DNA of 64,000 nucleotides, from assembly GCA_002633005.1 (NCBI GenBank), contig NMRA01000176.1, positions 628,175-692,174 on the forward strand, written 5' to 3'. Made by a program: the position numbers and the translations under genes. The notes under the pieces were generated by a model. That model was not told the DNA's origin and did not search any database. It saw nothing but the letters and a program-made list of their open reading frames with translations. This stretch comes from Phoronis australis (taxonomy: Eukaryota > Animalia > Phoronida). Shown here in pieces: positions 36,901 to 47,965 of the stretch; position 1 is the first letter of the stretch; each line of letters begins with the position of its first letter.

Positions 36901-39900
36901 GGAAATACTCCAAGTTGGGGAACGGCTTGGTCTTCACCTGCCCTTGACAGTACGTGCGAGGGGGAACCTTAAGTTTAAATAAAATGCAAATCAAATTTTC
37001 TATTTTAGAGTGCAGGTGCAAGTGCGAAACATGTCCTCCCGAAATACATTTTTCTCAACGCCACTCTCATCAGTGGCATTTACCTACAATGCTCGAAGTT
37101 TCCTTTTTCGTTTTTCTCAATGTTAAAGACGAAGTTGTTTTTACAATTGTTATTTTATCAATGCAAATTGACACACCACATTATGCTAACTTATCGATCA
37201 TGGTCCCAACCAATAACAATCAGTCAATAAGCTCGTCAATTATTTCTAATCTGAGGTGAGCTAATAATGAAGTTAAATAACTTCAAAAGTAAAAACGCTT
37301 AGATAACACGTGTCATGACCAATAAAACCTTTTTCTTACCTGAAATACATTTTCCATTTTGTGACCTTCCGGCAGCTTTGGCTTGAAGCGAAAAAAGTCA
37401 TAAATGTGCTCAATATCACGTGATTCTCCGCGTTCGTTGATCATGTGACCGCGCATGTGAGCCCGCACAGGGACGGATCCTAATGATGCTGAGTACCACC
37501 CTGTTCCAGCAGCTGGAATTCAAAAGGAAGTTAACGAAGACGAGCGCAAGTTCCCGAGCTACCTAAATTTTTGCAATAGTGTGCGATACATTACCGTATT
37601 TATTTTTCTTTATTTTTTCACGTTTAACAGCGACAGTATGTAACACGTTGAAAATTGAGCCGTGAATACAAACTGATTATGGTATTGTAAGTCTTACCAA
37701 CGATCACCATTACAACACTGCACGTTTAAAGATACACACCATGTCCACTTTCTGCCTAAGCATTAATTAAATCGAGAGTTTTCCAATTTCGCGTATCAAA
37801 ATGTACTTCAATTTTTTCCAGTCATTAAAGCATGCAATTGAAGTGAAGTGGTTGAACTTTAGAAGGGCAGGTCAAGGATTTCTCTCAAGCGTTTTGGGAT
37901 CATAAATGGTCTTCGCTGAAATATAATCTCATCATCGTGAGACCAATTTTATAGAAAAAAATGACTTACATTTGCTTTCGTTTTCAGGCCAGTTCACCTG
38001 ATGAAAAATCACATCTTAAATGTCATGCACTTTACCTGAGTAGTACCAGTGGACGTCGACCATGGATTTGCCGTCAGTCCATTTACTACACGTGTACCAA
38101 TGGTCGACCAGTATACCTCTGACGGTAGACGTGCCTAAGTAAGCGTAATTTTCTGTGGGGCCACCAAAGTCATAAACGTGTTTCACCGAGTATATGTGGT
38201 TCGTATTGTTACCAGCTGTGTAACTGAAGACCCGTATCAAGTCTGAGTCGCTCGTCTGGTTTAACATTTGAATGTCGCAGCTTTCTAAAATAAAGAAATA
38301 ATGTTCATTTTCTGATATTCCAAGTGTTCGTTTTTCATGGACATTGGAGTTGCATTTTTTCACATACTCAGAATCTTTAGAGTAGGTACCAGAAATTTTT
38401 TGTACAGTATACGAAGTCTCGTGTGAACAAAAAAGTTACACATATTTTTATCATTGTTGCCTGGCGTATTTTTACTGATTTCACCACTGATGAAATCCCT
38501 TTTTTAAACACAACACTATAATTTTAAAGGTGCTTGATGGCATTTTTAGTTAACGTAGTAGCATGGCGAGTTACAACAATAGCTATTCATTGCAAGTAGT
38601 TTATCCCGTTCAATCCGCCATCTTTTTGACCACATCACGTGACCTAATGTATATAAGTCCGAAAAGATTCCAGCCCCTGACCGTGACTCGAACCCAGGAC
38701 CTTCTGCTAACCATGCAGACGCTTTAGCCACTGAGCCATCGGGACCACTGGTCAGACACAGAAATCCAATCAGACGTAGTAGTGGGCATCTTGCCCATGA
38801 TCTCCATGATCTTCATTGCAAATAACAAAATGGTCGCGACGTGCAAAATGTAAATTGAGTGCAAACATACATGATTTTAAAATCGCAAATACCTGATCAT
38901 TACGCTACTCTCTGTATCAATATATTCTACAGAATGCTTATTGACTTAAAGTTGGACATGTGCATGTATACAAGCTGAAAAATAACCTCTTGACTTCATA
39001 TGAACTTACGTTGAACGGTCGTGCCGTCGTCACCTGGTATATCTATGAAAGTGAACATTTCGTTCGTGTTGTAGTTATAGATGATTTTGGCGGTCATCCC
39101 TTGCTGCGTCACCTCAAGTACCCCCCTGTTGCCGGGGTAGTCATAGAACTCCTTAATCTCCATACTGCTATTCAGATCCAGAAAATTGGCCTCGATGTCG
39201 ATAGAAAACTGTTGCGGTAGCGGAGGCATTTTTAGCCCTAAAAGCAAAAAGAATTCAAATATTTAACTATTACAGAAGAAACATGACTGAAAATGATCGA
39301 GTACCACAGTTAGTGTGTTCTTCATGATATTGTAATATTGACGCACTTTTACAAGAAGCTAACTCTGATGCATAAATAGGTGAGATGGAACTGCAGGTAG
39401 ATCACGAACTACATCTTCAAAATGGGTGAAAAGTGCGTGTACATGTACATGTACATGATGTCTTTAACATTAGGCGTTTAGGCTTAACCGATTGTAATAC
39501 TGCTGTGGACATTCTTATTCGCTGACCACGCCTTCTATCGGCGCGGAAGGCTGGTTTTGTCGCGGGTCAAGTTCTTCGATCAATGAATGGTTATTTGAAT
39601 GTTACTATGCCATTTTATTTCTTAGGTATCACCAAAAAAGTCACGGTTCTCCAATGAAATATGTACGTGTATGCACTTCGTACGCGGCAGAATCTTCAAT
39701 TTCTCAAAACCACTGAGGATTCATCAGCATAACGCCATTCTCGTCTCGTCGCCTCTGCTCTATCGACCCAAGAAATGTACCATGCTTTTTGTAGAGCACG
39801 TCATCAGAGTTATGCATTCAGACGCAGATTTCTCTTAATTTCTCCGATTTTCATGAAATTGTGCAATCCGTGCGTGGTTATTGCGGTTTGTTATGACACG

Positions 39901-40133
39901 GAATCTTAATTTGTGCCCAGGTCATTAGAACTAGCCCGGCAAGTCAATTCAAATATCCAGTTCGATGATACCTTTTTGACACCTCATTAAACCCCTGTAA
40001 ACTATGCAACTGTGTATTATCTAACACGTTACTCACCAGGCGTCACTGCAGGCGTGGTGAGGCACTTGAAATCGTCTGCTTGTACATGTGACGTCATTAC
40101 CGCCAGCAATACGACATAATTGGCGGGCCCCAT
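24983..40133 (-). CDS. Uncharacterised ~724-aa type I membrane glycoprotein with two ependymin/LolA-like ectodomain repeats; exons 40133-40037, 39237-39010, 38284-38036, 37512-37340, 36967-36836, 36170-36050, 35313-35147, 34789-34682, 33492-33418, 32770-32629, 32292-32177, 29561-29379, 28832-28694, 27229-27185, 25991-25926, 25116-24983
   Basis: 16 exons, all GT-AG with compatible phases, summing to 2175 nt. Signal peptide MGPANYVVLLAVMTSHVQA; repeat 1 PPLPQQFSIDIEAN..YLGTSTVRGILVDHW..VHWYY..FQVPPRTYC; repeat 2 YFSASVEI..IHDFNTG..YVGTRDCRMAKCDVF..WEWYF; Thr/Pro-rich stalk; TM AIAGIAVGSGVFGVLITLLVGFLV followed by RWRLR and a short tail. Fold assignment is by motif resemblance only. Confidence 0.85.
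28090..28180 (-). mobile_element. tRNA-derived SINE head (intronic)
   Basis: Minus strand GGCAGTGTGACCTAGGG..GTGGGTTCGAGTTCC with degenerate A box and GGTTCGAG B box; no clean cloverleaf. Confidence 0.5.
38673..38746 (-). mobile_element. tRNA-derived SINE head / tRNA pseudogene (intronic)
   Basis: GGTCCCGATGGCTCAGTGG (A box)..TCTGC-ATGGTTA-GCAGA stem-loop..GGGTTCGAGTC (B box); acceptor and T stems mismatched. Confidence 0.6.
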
Positions 40134-40248
40134 AGCGCACGAATGAGATGATCTGGTAATTATAAAACAGTTACACCAGGATGGAGCTTTTCATGTATGC
40201 CACGTTTAATGACTCGTGATACTCCACTTGGTTATTTCTACAACTTAA

Positions 40249-40842
40249 AGGCGAAGGCAACCTTTTTCCATGTCATTTTGAGCTAAAATAAGGTTGGTTG
40301 ATTATCCTAGACATATTTTCCACTTAATTGCAGCTTTTCGTAATTTTATTAATTACTCGTCCGCTACTCCGGAAGTGACGTTTTAGGAGGCAAGCATTTC
40401 GCGCCAATTTCTTTTCATATAGTCTGACTGTGAGAGCTGCCGAGTCAGTCATTGTTCTACCTCGGTTGTGTTAAGTTCCGTCGTCGTTTGATTTCATTTA
40501 CTAATCAGTCAACATGCCACACTGTTGCTGCGTACCAGGATGTACTAATTATCGGCTCACGCGCGCTTTGGGAGTACCTTTGCATCGCTTTCCGATGGAT
40601 GACGCACTTCGCCGTACTTGGCTTGTTCGAGTGAAGAACGCAGCGTTACCCGTTCACGCAACGTACAAAGCAGTGGAGAATTACCGTGTGTGTGCCAAGC
40701 ACTTTCTGCCGTCCGATTACGAAAGAGATTTGTACGCTGAACTGATGAAGGTCCCTGCGAAACAACGTCTGAAGAAGGATGCCATTCCGTCTGTGTTGAA
40801 CTCCCGGCAGTGCCCCGTCGCCACCCCCGAGAAGTGCGTTTT
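40249..40842 (+). mobile_element. 5' end of a Kolobok-type transposon inserted at TTAA just upstream of the membrane-protein start codon; truncated at N 40843
   Basis: CTTAA|AGGCGAAGGCAACC at 40245-40262; the duplicate flank at 41080-41314 has a single TTAA and no insert; THAP ORF follows. Confidence 0.75.
40514..40842 (+). CDS. THAP domain (N-terminus of probable Kolobok transposase), truncated by assembly join
   Basis: MPHCCCVPGC..LHRFP..RRTW..VCAKHF..LKKDAIPSV: complete C2CH THAP signature with AVP-like box. Confidence 0.9.
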
Positions 40843-41079
40843 NACATGCCTGGGAAGAAGCATCTTTTGGAAGGGTAAACATGTCACGTTCAAAGCATCC
40901 CAGTGCCAGTAATATGCAGTCTTTGAGGACCAAAGTGGTGTCATTTTATAGCTAAAGAGTTAATCTTTCAAAAATAATGCTTGGATTCCAGATAACTTGA
41001 ACATTTACGTTTGAAATCACGTTTGAAATCACGTTAAAATGCGCTAAAACAGTTGTCCCTTCCTGGTTATCTCTTCCTG

Positions 41080-41314
41080 GTATTATCTAACACGTTACTC
41101 ACCAGGCGTCACTGCAGGCGTGGTGAGGCACTTGAAATCGTCTGCGTGTACATGTGACGTCATTACCGCCAGCAATACGACATAATTGGCGGGCCCCATA
41201 GCGCACGAATGAGATGATCTGGTAATTATAAAACAGTTACACCAGGATGGAGCTTTTCATGTATGCCACGTTTAATGACTCGTGTTACTCCACTCGGTTA
41301 TTTCTACAACTTAA
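41080..41314 (+). repeat. 235-bp near-identical duplicate of 40014-40248, including the signal-peptide exon (probable second haplotype)
   Basis: Only a few substitutions (one Q to H change in the exon); lies 240 bp after the single-N join. Confidence 0.85.
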
Positions 41315-41650
41315 GGTACGCGTTCAAAACCACTGGAATGTGAAACATCAACAATCGAATTAATTCAAAGTCACACAGGCGCTTTTGTTATAAAAAGAAC
41401 CCCTTCTGGCGGTTATTAACTAATACAAGGTCGCTTAAATCAAAGAAACAATGCCCTGTAGCCATCATAAGACTTGTAGAATTTCACTTGGATGAGGTTA
41501 CGTAACTACTGTTTAAGTCTGGCTATAAAAACTTCAAGCGAGTTAGGGTTAACAGATAGGTAAAAATAGGAAATCTAAACACTTCTGCGGACCCGGCCAA
41601 AAGAAATACAGAAACACCGTCGTCATGCCGCTCTAAAACTCACGCGAACA

Positions 41651-41924
41651 CATGCGCGCACCCAGGGGGTGGGGTGGGCGGGGCCCAGGTTGCTCGAACG
41701 AGCCACCCCCATTTGGCGAAGTGGGCAAAAAGGTCCGCCTCTGAGAAACAAAAATTCCGAGAAAATGAGACAAAAGTCCACTAAACAAGTGAAAACGCGC
41801 ACTTCACAGTGGTGCCCACGTTTCCTTTTTCTTTTTTTTTTAGTCCGCCCGCCTTTTTGTTACCAAAAGGTCCACAGCGTCAAGAATTCGAGCCTCCCCA
41901 TATTGAAGGCTGTGTGCACGCATG
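41651..41924 (+). mobile_element. ~250-275 bp MITE family, copy 1
   Basis: Termini CATGCGCGCACCCAG / CTGTGTGCACGCATG; flanks GAACA/GAATA; body shared with 44801-45067 and 47719-47965. Confidence 0.8.
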
Positions 41925-43844
41925 GAATATTACCCTCTGTGGCTTCGCAAAAGATTCTTATGTGCCTCAACAATGCTTTTATCTTTCACGGGGAAGCAAA
42001 CGACACGGCCCGCAGTTGTGTGGGAAATCGCTTTAACATAGTATAGTCAAATACACGTGGCCTACGTAGGCTTTGCAAATTTGAAGTTGTCCGACTACGG
42101 AAAGCCAAAGTGGAAAAAATCACAGGTCACATATTGTTGGTAGTTTGACCTCAGGTTGTGGTGTCGCGTTTAGTGTGGTAAGAAGCAATAGCTGTTCATA
42201 GCATTGCTGAGTGGCCCGCTTTCAGCTAGTGCCACTGCTGACCGGCCTTGTCTGTCAGTCAGTACATAAAAGAAGACTTTTTCAGTGCTTCCAGGTGACA
42301 ACACACGGGCTGGGCAGGAGCCCAAGCTGAACTATACGGATCAGACTCGTCTTTTGAAGGAACTCAGATGCTGAAACTCGGAAGCATTTTCAGAACTTGA
42401 ACAGTAGACATTTTCACTCTTGAATGGGATATATATGGTGAGAGAAAACAGGTCATGTTGCGGACTTTGTTCTGGGGAATCACTTTACCAATTTGCGGGG
42501 TTGCGTGACAGTGGCGGATCTACGTTTTCAGTAAGGGGGTGTTTAGGATTCCCGCAAAGTTCGAATCCGAGGCGCGTGGCGCCGAGCGGGGGGAGGTTGA
42601 GAGGGGGGTTTCCCTCCACCCGTTTAAAACATTTTTTTTGTTTTTGTAGCCAAACAGTGACATTTCCATGCCTCCTGGTAAGTTTCTGGCACTTAACATG
42701 TCTCTGGAGTTTTTCTTAAAATAATTTAAACCCTTGTCGATTTCATCACATGAACTTGGCTCATAACTTTCGTGAAACCATATTTGTGCATGTTTGGGTA
42801 TGAGTCACGCCACCAGCAAAAATTTTATTGGAACATCTGCTTACGCACACCTATTTGAGCATACGAAAAGTCGTATGCGAAAAAGTATGGTGTGTATACA
42901 GGGGTTTAGGCAACTACCAAATATTCAAGAGCATAAGGAGCACCGACGGGGCGTAAAAACTTGAATATCATATGATCGCGTAATAGCAGCCTCAAGTTGT
43001 TTAAGAACGAAGACCAGAATCCGGAAATAAACATGTGTTCTGTCTCGTTATGAGAAAAACCGGAGAGTGATGGTGCTCTCAGCTCATAGTCTACTATTAA
43101 AAGCGACAACAAACAATTTTACTACTTAAAAGTATCAGTTTATTAAATTAAATCACGTTGACAACAATTGAAAAACGTCAAATATATCAGGAAGCAAATC
43201 ATCTGAAAACAGTTTCACGAGACCAAAACGTTCTGTACACCTTGGTGAAAAGAAAATACAGGACCAGTTCGCAGGGGGACCACATGTACATGTATACTGA
43301 GAGTACACAAAAAGGCTGACCTGGTCCGTCACGATACCAAAAGTACAACTGTGCTTATTATCCCTATGAAAATAGTCGATCTGCCGCGGGACCAAACACT
43401 ACTGGCTGAGATAAATAGTTTTAAAAAACATCACAATACTCTACACAAATCAAGCTGGCCTGGTCCGTCGCGAGACCTAGCTAAAGTGTACTATGCAAAA
43501 AATTCTGAATTGAAAACTTCTCTCTTGACACTTTTAATCCCCAGTGGTGGCTCATGCGTGTATTTTACACATCTGGTGGTTAACTGCTGCGAGAGGTTGT
43601 CTAGGAAGGGTTTTCGCACCGTTCTGTAGTACTTACTGGAAGAAACAAGTATTGAGAACAAATTTAACAACGCACTACGTGAAATAGATTTTGGAAATGA
43701 AGCAGATAGAGCCAAGTGGAAATACAAACCAGAATCAGTTTCTGGGAAAATTTGGCATGTCTAAAAGTAATTTCTATTTTGTTTTCATTGTACACAAGCA
43801 TAAAAACCGACATTATATACAAACTGTAAAGAATTATAACTTGT

Positions 43845-44450
43845 TACCTGAGTGTTTCTTCAGGAACGTTAGTCCTATCCTTCTGTTGTCTAGACTGCCG
43901 AGGAATCTGTATATCGGATGCAATGGTTTGCTCGTCTTGGAACCATTCTATCCAGACATCCTCGATGTTTGCTCCCAACGCTTGCACTTCGTCAACTGCT
44001 GTGTCAGTGAGCTTGTAAACCTCTACAATTTCAGCATCTCGTGTCGCAGCTCAGTTGGCACTAAGCGCCCTGAGGTTGGGAAATCCAATCAAAAGACTTA
44101 CATGCGAAACTAAATTTGATCCGTTCATCATGGACTACTTCGAACCTTGACGATGTATCCCAGGACCAATTTGCATCTCTTGCAATTTTCGGAATAAACG
44201 TCCCAATGTCTGAACGCTTGAAACCCGGACTACTAACATCAAATAAATGCCCATGGGCATGGACGTTTCATCGGGTGGGCCTTTCTGCGGAAATTCCCAG
44301 TATAGAAGACGGCCGTGGTGCTTATTGCAGGTAGAAAGACAGCAGGTGTTGAGGTCGAAACTAGGGATCCTTTGGAAGAGAAAGCCGGTACAGCCTCCGC
44401 AATTTCCGGTACTGTACACTGTTTGCGAATGCGGTCACTTTGTCAATGTG
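43845..44450 (-). pseudogene. hAT transposase remnant (P52rIPK/THAP12-like type), stops and frameshifts
   Basis: Manual translation: IARDANWSWDTSSR..LRALSAN*..EIVEVYKLTDTAVDEVQALGANIEDVWIEWFQ..IQIPRQSRQQKDRTNVPEET, matching the PRxxxRQxxRxNVP motif of this hAT group. Confidence 0.7.
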
Positions 44451-44800
44451 AGTCACCCCCTTGGTCATTCCTTGTATAGACATAACTTGTTAAAGTGCAT
44501 CTTCAAACGGACTCGCGACCAGACCACGGCGCCCGCCACAATAGCAATTCTTCGGAAAACGATTTTTTTTTTCAAAAATATTACATGTACATGTACACTG
44601 TATGATATTGCGCAAGGCAAATTTACTATATATACACCAGCTAAATTCGAGTTACAAACGTGTGGAGTGTAATAGCATAACACGGCATGACAGATGAGGT
44701 AAAAACGTTGCACGTCAATTCGCCTGAATATCAGAGTTGCGGCACTACAGTATATCCCTTAATGAAATCAAAACATATGTTAGAGTAAGGAAGCTCATTA

Positions 44801-45067
44801 CATGACGCGCACCCAGCCTTCAATACGGGGGGGCTCGAATTCCTGACTTTGTGGACCTTTTGGTAACAAAAATGTGAGGCGGACTAAAAAAGAAAAAAAA
44901 AACGGGAGCACCACTGTGGATTGCGCGTTTGCGCATGTTTAATGGACTTATGCCTCATTTTCTCGGACTGTTTGACTCTCAGGGGCGGACCTTTTTTGCC
45001 ACTTCGCCAAAAGGGGGAGGGGGGCTCGTTCGAGCCTCCAGAGCCCGCCCCCCTGGGTACGCGCATG
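44801..45067 (-). mobile_element. MITE family copy 2, nested in the hAT element
   Basis: CATGACGCGCACCCAG ... CTGGGTACGCGCATG, ATTA on both flanks; reverse-complement match to 41651-41924. Confidence 0.8.
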
Positions 45068-45339
45068 ATTAACCTAAAGAAATCAGCTATAGAGCTGCTC
45101 TTTCAGCGGTGGATCCCGAATGCTTGGCTACTTCAGAAGTGTCGACGGAAGCGCGCGCACAATTGATCTCGCGTTTTGCCGATTAGCCTCGAAATGCTTT
45201 GAGTTGGTTTATTTGGGGTTTACACACGCTAGAGATGCCGTTTTTGTTTTGTTGGAGACGTTTTTTTTTATTTTTGGGTCCTGGCCCAAGGGGGGGTTAA
45301 ACCCCTGAACCCCCCGTAGATCCGCCAATGCGTGACCTA

Positions 45340-46260
45340 ACGCGCGAAAGAGGTTGTAGCTGTGGACACTGTCCGTAGGATCAAGAACATATGAATGTAG
45401 CTTACCTGGCTACGGACCTCTGTCTTCTTGAAGAAAAATAAATGCAGTTCCTGCTCTGGATATTTGTTCTGGGGATTCAATGGAGCCGACTGTATTGAGA
45501 CAGAAGTGAAAGAGATATTACCAGAATTGCTCTGGGGGGGGGGGGGNGTGAGATGACCAGACCAGCGGAAGCAGTGGTGGTTGTGGATGATATCTGTTGA
45601 CATCAACTTGGACCAAGTATCAAGCATGATGTAAAGGACTGTGACCTTCTCAGTTACGGGCGTTTGACGATCTGGACGGTTTCTGTCTTTTACCCTTGTT
45701 TTAGGGATTGTAAGCCCAGTGTGCGGAAGCAATTTCTGCTGTGGACATTTGTTCTGGGGAATCACTGGCCCCTACCGTAGGCTACTGGGATAGGAGTGAA
45801 GGTGACATGACCAGATTTCCTCTGACGAATCACCGACCATCTGGGTGGAAGGTTATGTGAGATGACCAGGCAAGTGGAAGCAGCTGTGGACACTATCTGG
45901 GGAGAGAAACTTGAACCAAGTACTCTACCAATCTTCAGCGACAGTGGCATGGGGCCTTACCGGCTAAGGGCGCTTGTGTGGACGTTTGTGTTTTACTCTC
46001 ACTTTAGAGATTGTATGTGCATAGTATGCGAAAGTAACTTCTGCTGTGCACATTTGTTCTGGGGAATCACTGAACTCTACCGCGCTTAGCCAGAAGTGAA
46101 AGTGAGATGACCAGAGTTGCTCTGGGTAATCATCGATAACTGTGGGTAGAAGGTAAATGAAATGACCAGATCCGCGGAAGCAGTGATGGTTGTGGATGCT
46201 ATCTATGGACAGTAACTCAAATACTATTATCAGTAGCGGCTGAATGTGACTTACTTGGCT
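45340..46260. repeat. Degenerate ~300-bp tandem repeat, ~3 copies, with a further piece at ~42440-42508 split off by the hAT insertion
   Basis: TTTGTTCTGGGGA(A/T)TCA at ~42467, 45463, 45748, 46053; ATGACCAG..GGAAGCAG at ~45553, 45862, 46162. Confidence 0.65.
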
Positions 46261-46396
46261 AGACTTCTAGTGAGTCAGGTGTTTTGTACAATGGGCCCGA
46301 CCTAGGTATCGGACAGCCTGCAACCTTACTTATATTTCCTATCCACAAATTCATCTGCAGGACAGAAACAGCTGCTCAGACTCTGAGCGGCCAGAA

Positions 46397-46590
46397 TTAA
46401 TCACGCCAGGACTTATGATTTATCACGCCTGGTCCAATGATTTATCACGCCAGGACCAATGATTTATCACGCCAGGACCAATGATTTATCACGCCAGGAC
46501 CAATGATTTATCACGCCAGGACCAATGATTTATCACGCCAGGACCAATGATTTATCACGTCAGGACCAAAATTTAATACGTCAGGACCGA
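46397..46590 (+). repeat. 22-bp minisatellite (GATTTATCACGCCAGGACCAAT) x8-9
   Basis: TCACG(C/T)C anchors every 22 nt from 46401 to 46555; degenerate inverted copies at ~46858-46920. Confidence 0.95.
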
Positions 46591-47718
46591 ACATTTGTTA
46601 CGCAGAAAATATTCGACCATGCGTTATCCAACAATGACGAACCGCTGTGTCTCTTTACTACCCAGCCGTATTCAAGTCTACTGTGTCCAACTGTACATTA
46701 GGTTCAGTTTTAAAGCGTGGAGAAGACAACCTCATTGTCACGATAATATGTCCGCCTTCGTCGAAACACTGAAGAACGCTTAGCCCTTGTGTACCTAGTG
46801 CCGAATCGCCATCACTTTGAAGGGGGGGGGGATAATGCTTGTGGATGGTCACGCTTACTCCTGGCATGATAAAGTTTCGGTCCTGACGAAATATTTTTTT
46901 TAGTCCTGGCATGTTAAATTTTGTTACATTCTCTGTCATGAAATGATACATTTTGATCTTGGGTTTACTTTTTTGGTCTTGACTTATTTTTTATTTGGTC
47001 TTAAGTTGTTTTTTTCTGGTTTTGCAGAACGAAAATAATGTTCTGCCTGTTTTTAATTCTTGCGTAAGTGCAAATTCTGATTTCGAAGTATTTGTTTTGC
47101 TCCTGCACATTAAAACCGTTTTGGACTGTTTTTAAATCCTGGACCGTTAACATGTGTCCTTGGATTTTTTCAGCTTTGGCTTTCCGTAGGAGTAAACTGA
47201 TTCTCCTTGTCATGAGGTGACGGTAAAAATGCTATACGAATACAGATATTTTCAATACGCCAACTCCAAAACTTCGCCAATGCGCTGCGTTATTCGCACT
47301 ATTGCAGAACTAGATAAAAGGCATTTTTGGTCATGTAGTAAACGATTTCCCCTTAATTTTAACTTTAAAATAAATCTTAAGCCAAGTATTTGTTACCTTC
47401 CTCATGACGGGTTGCAGCAGGGTTCAAACTACACGATTTACAAACAAAATGATGGCATAAATTTATCGCCAAACCAAATGTTTACTTAAAACTGTGATAA
47501 CGACGAAATTGAACATCTATCGTCTGCCTCGTTGACTCTTTGTCACATGTCGTAAATGAGCTGCACTTGTGATGAATTTTAAACCCAAATCCAAAAAAGC
47601 CTGCAATGCAATTTCCCATCGCAGCTGTTCAAACATCAAGCTACTTTTACTTGAACAAGACACATACTTCCTGTGCCAGTCAATCTGGACCTAGGGATGT
47701 ACTTGTCACCTCCTTACA

Positions 47719-47965
47719 CATGCGTGCAACCAGCCTAAAATATGTTGGGGCTCGAATTTTTGACAATGTTGACCTTTTTCCTAACAAAAAACGGGGACTA
47801 AGAAAAAAACGTGTACTACGTTCAGAGCTATTAATTGTGCATTTGCGCTTTTGTAGTGGACTCTTGTCTCGTTTTCTCGGCCTTTTTGTCTCTCTGGGCG
47901 GACCTTTTTGCTCACTTCGCCAAATAGGGGGCTCCCAGTACGACCCCTCCCTGGGTGCACGCATG
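47719..47965 (-). mobile_element. MITE family copy 3 with perfect 5-bp TSD
   Basis: TTACA|CATGCGTGCAACCAG ... CTGGGTGCACGCATG|TTACA. Confidence 0.85.

Larger units (their letters stand above)
42509..45330 (-). mobile_element. Decayed hAT DNA transposon with 5-bp TSD (hAT5-like)
   Basis: CGTGA|CAGTGGCGGATCTACG ... CGTAGATCCGCCAATG|CGTGA; internal transposase remnant. Confidence 0.8.

Noticed and set aside
38673-38746. Functional tRNA-Thr(GGT)
   Set aside because: Acceptor and T stems are mismatched, loop bases are non-canonical and no T-run terminator follows; SINE head is more likely.
46397-46590. 22-bp repeat array as a CRISPR array
   Set aside because: Units are directly adjacent with no unique spacers, no cas genes, eukaryotic context.
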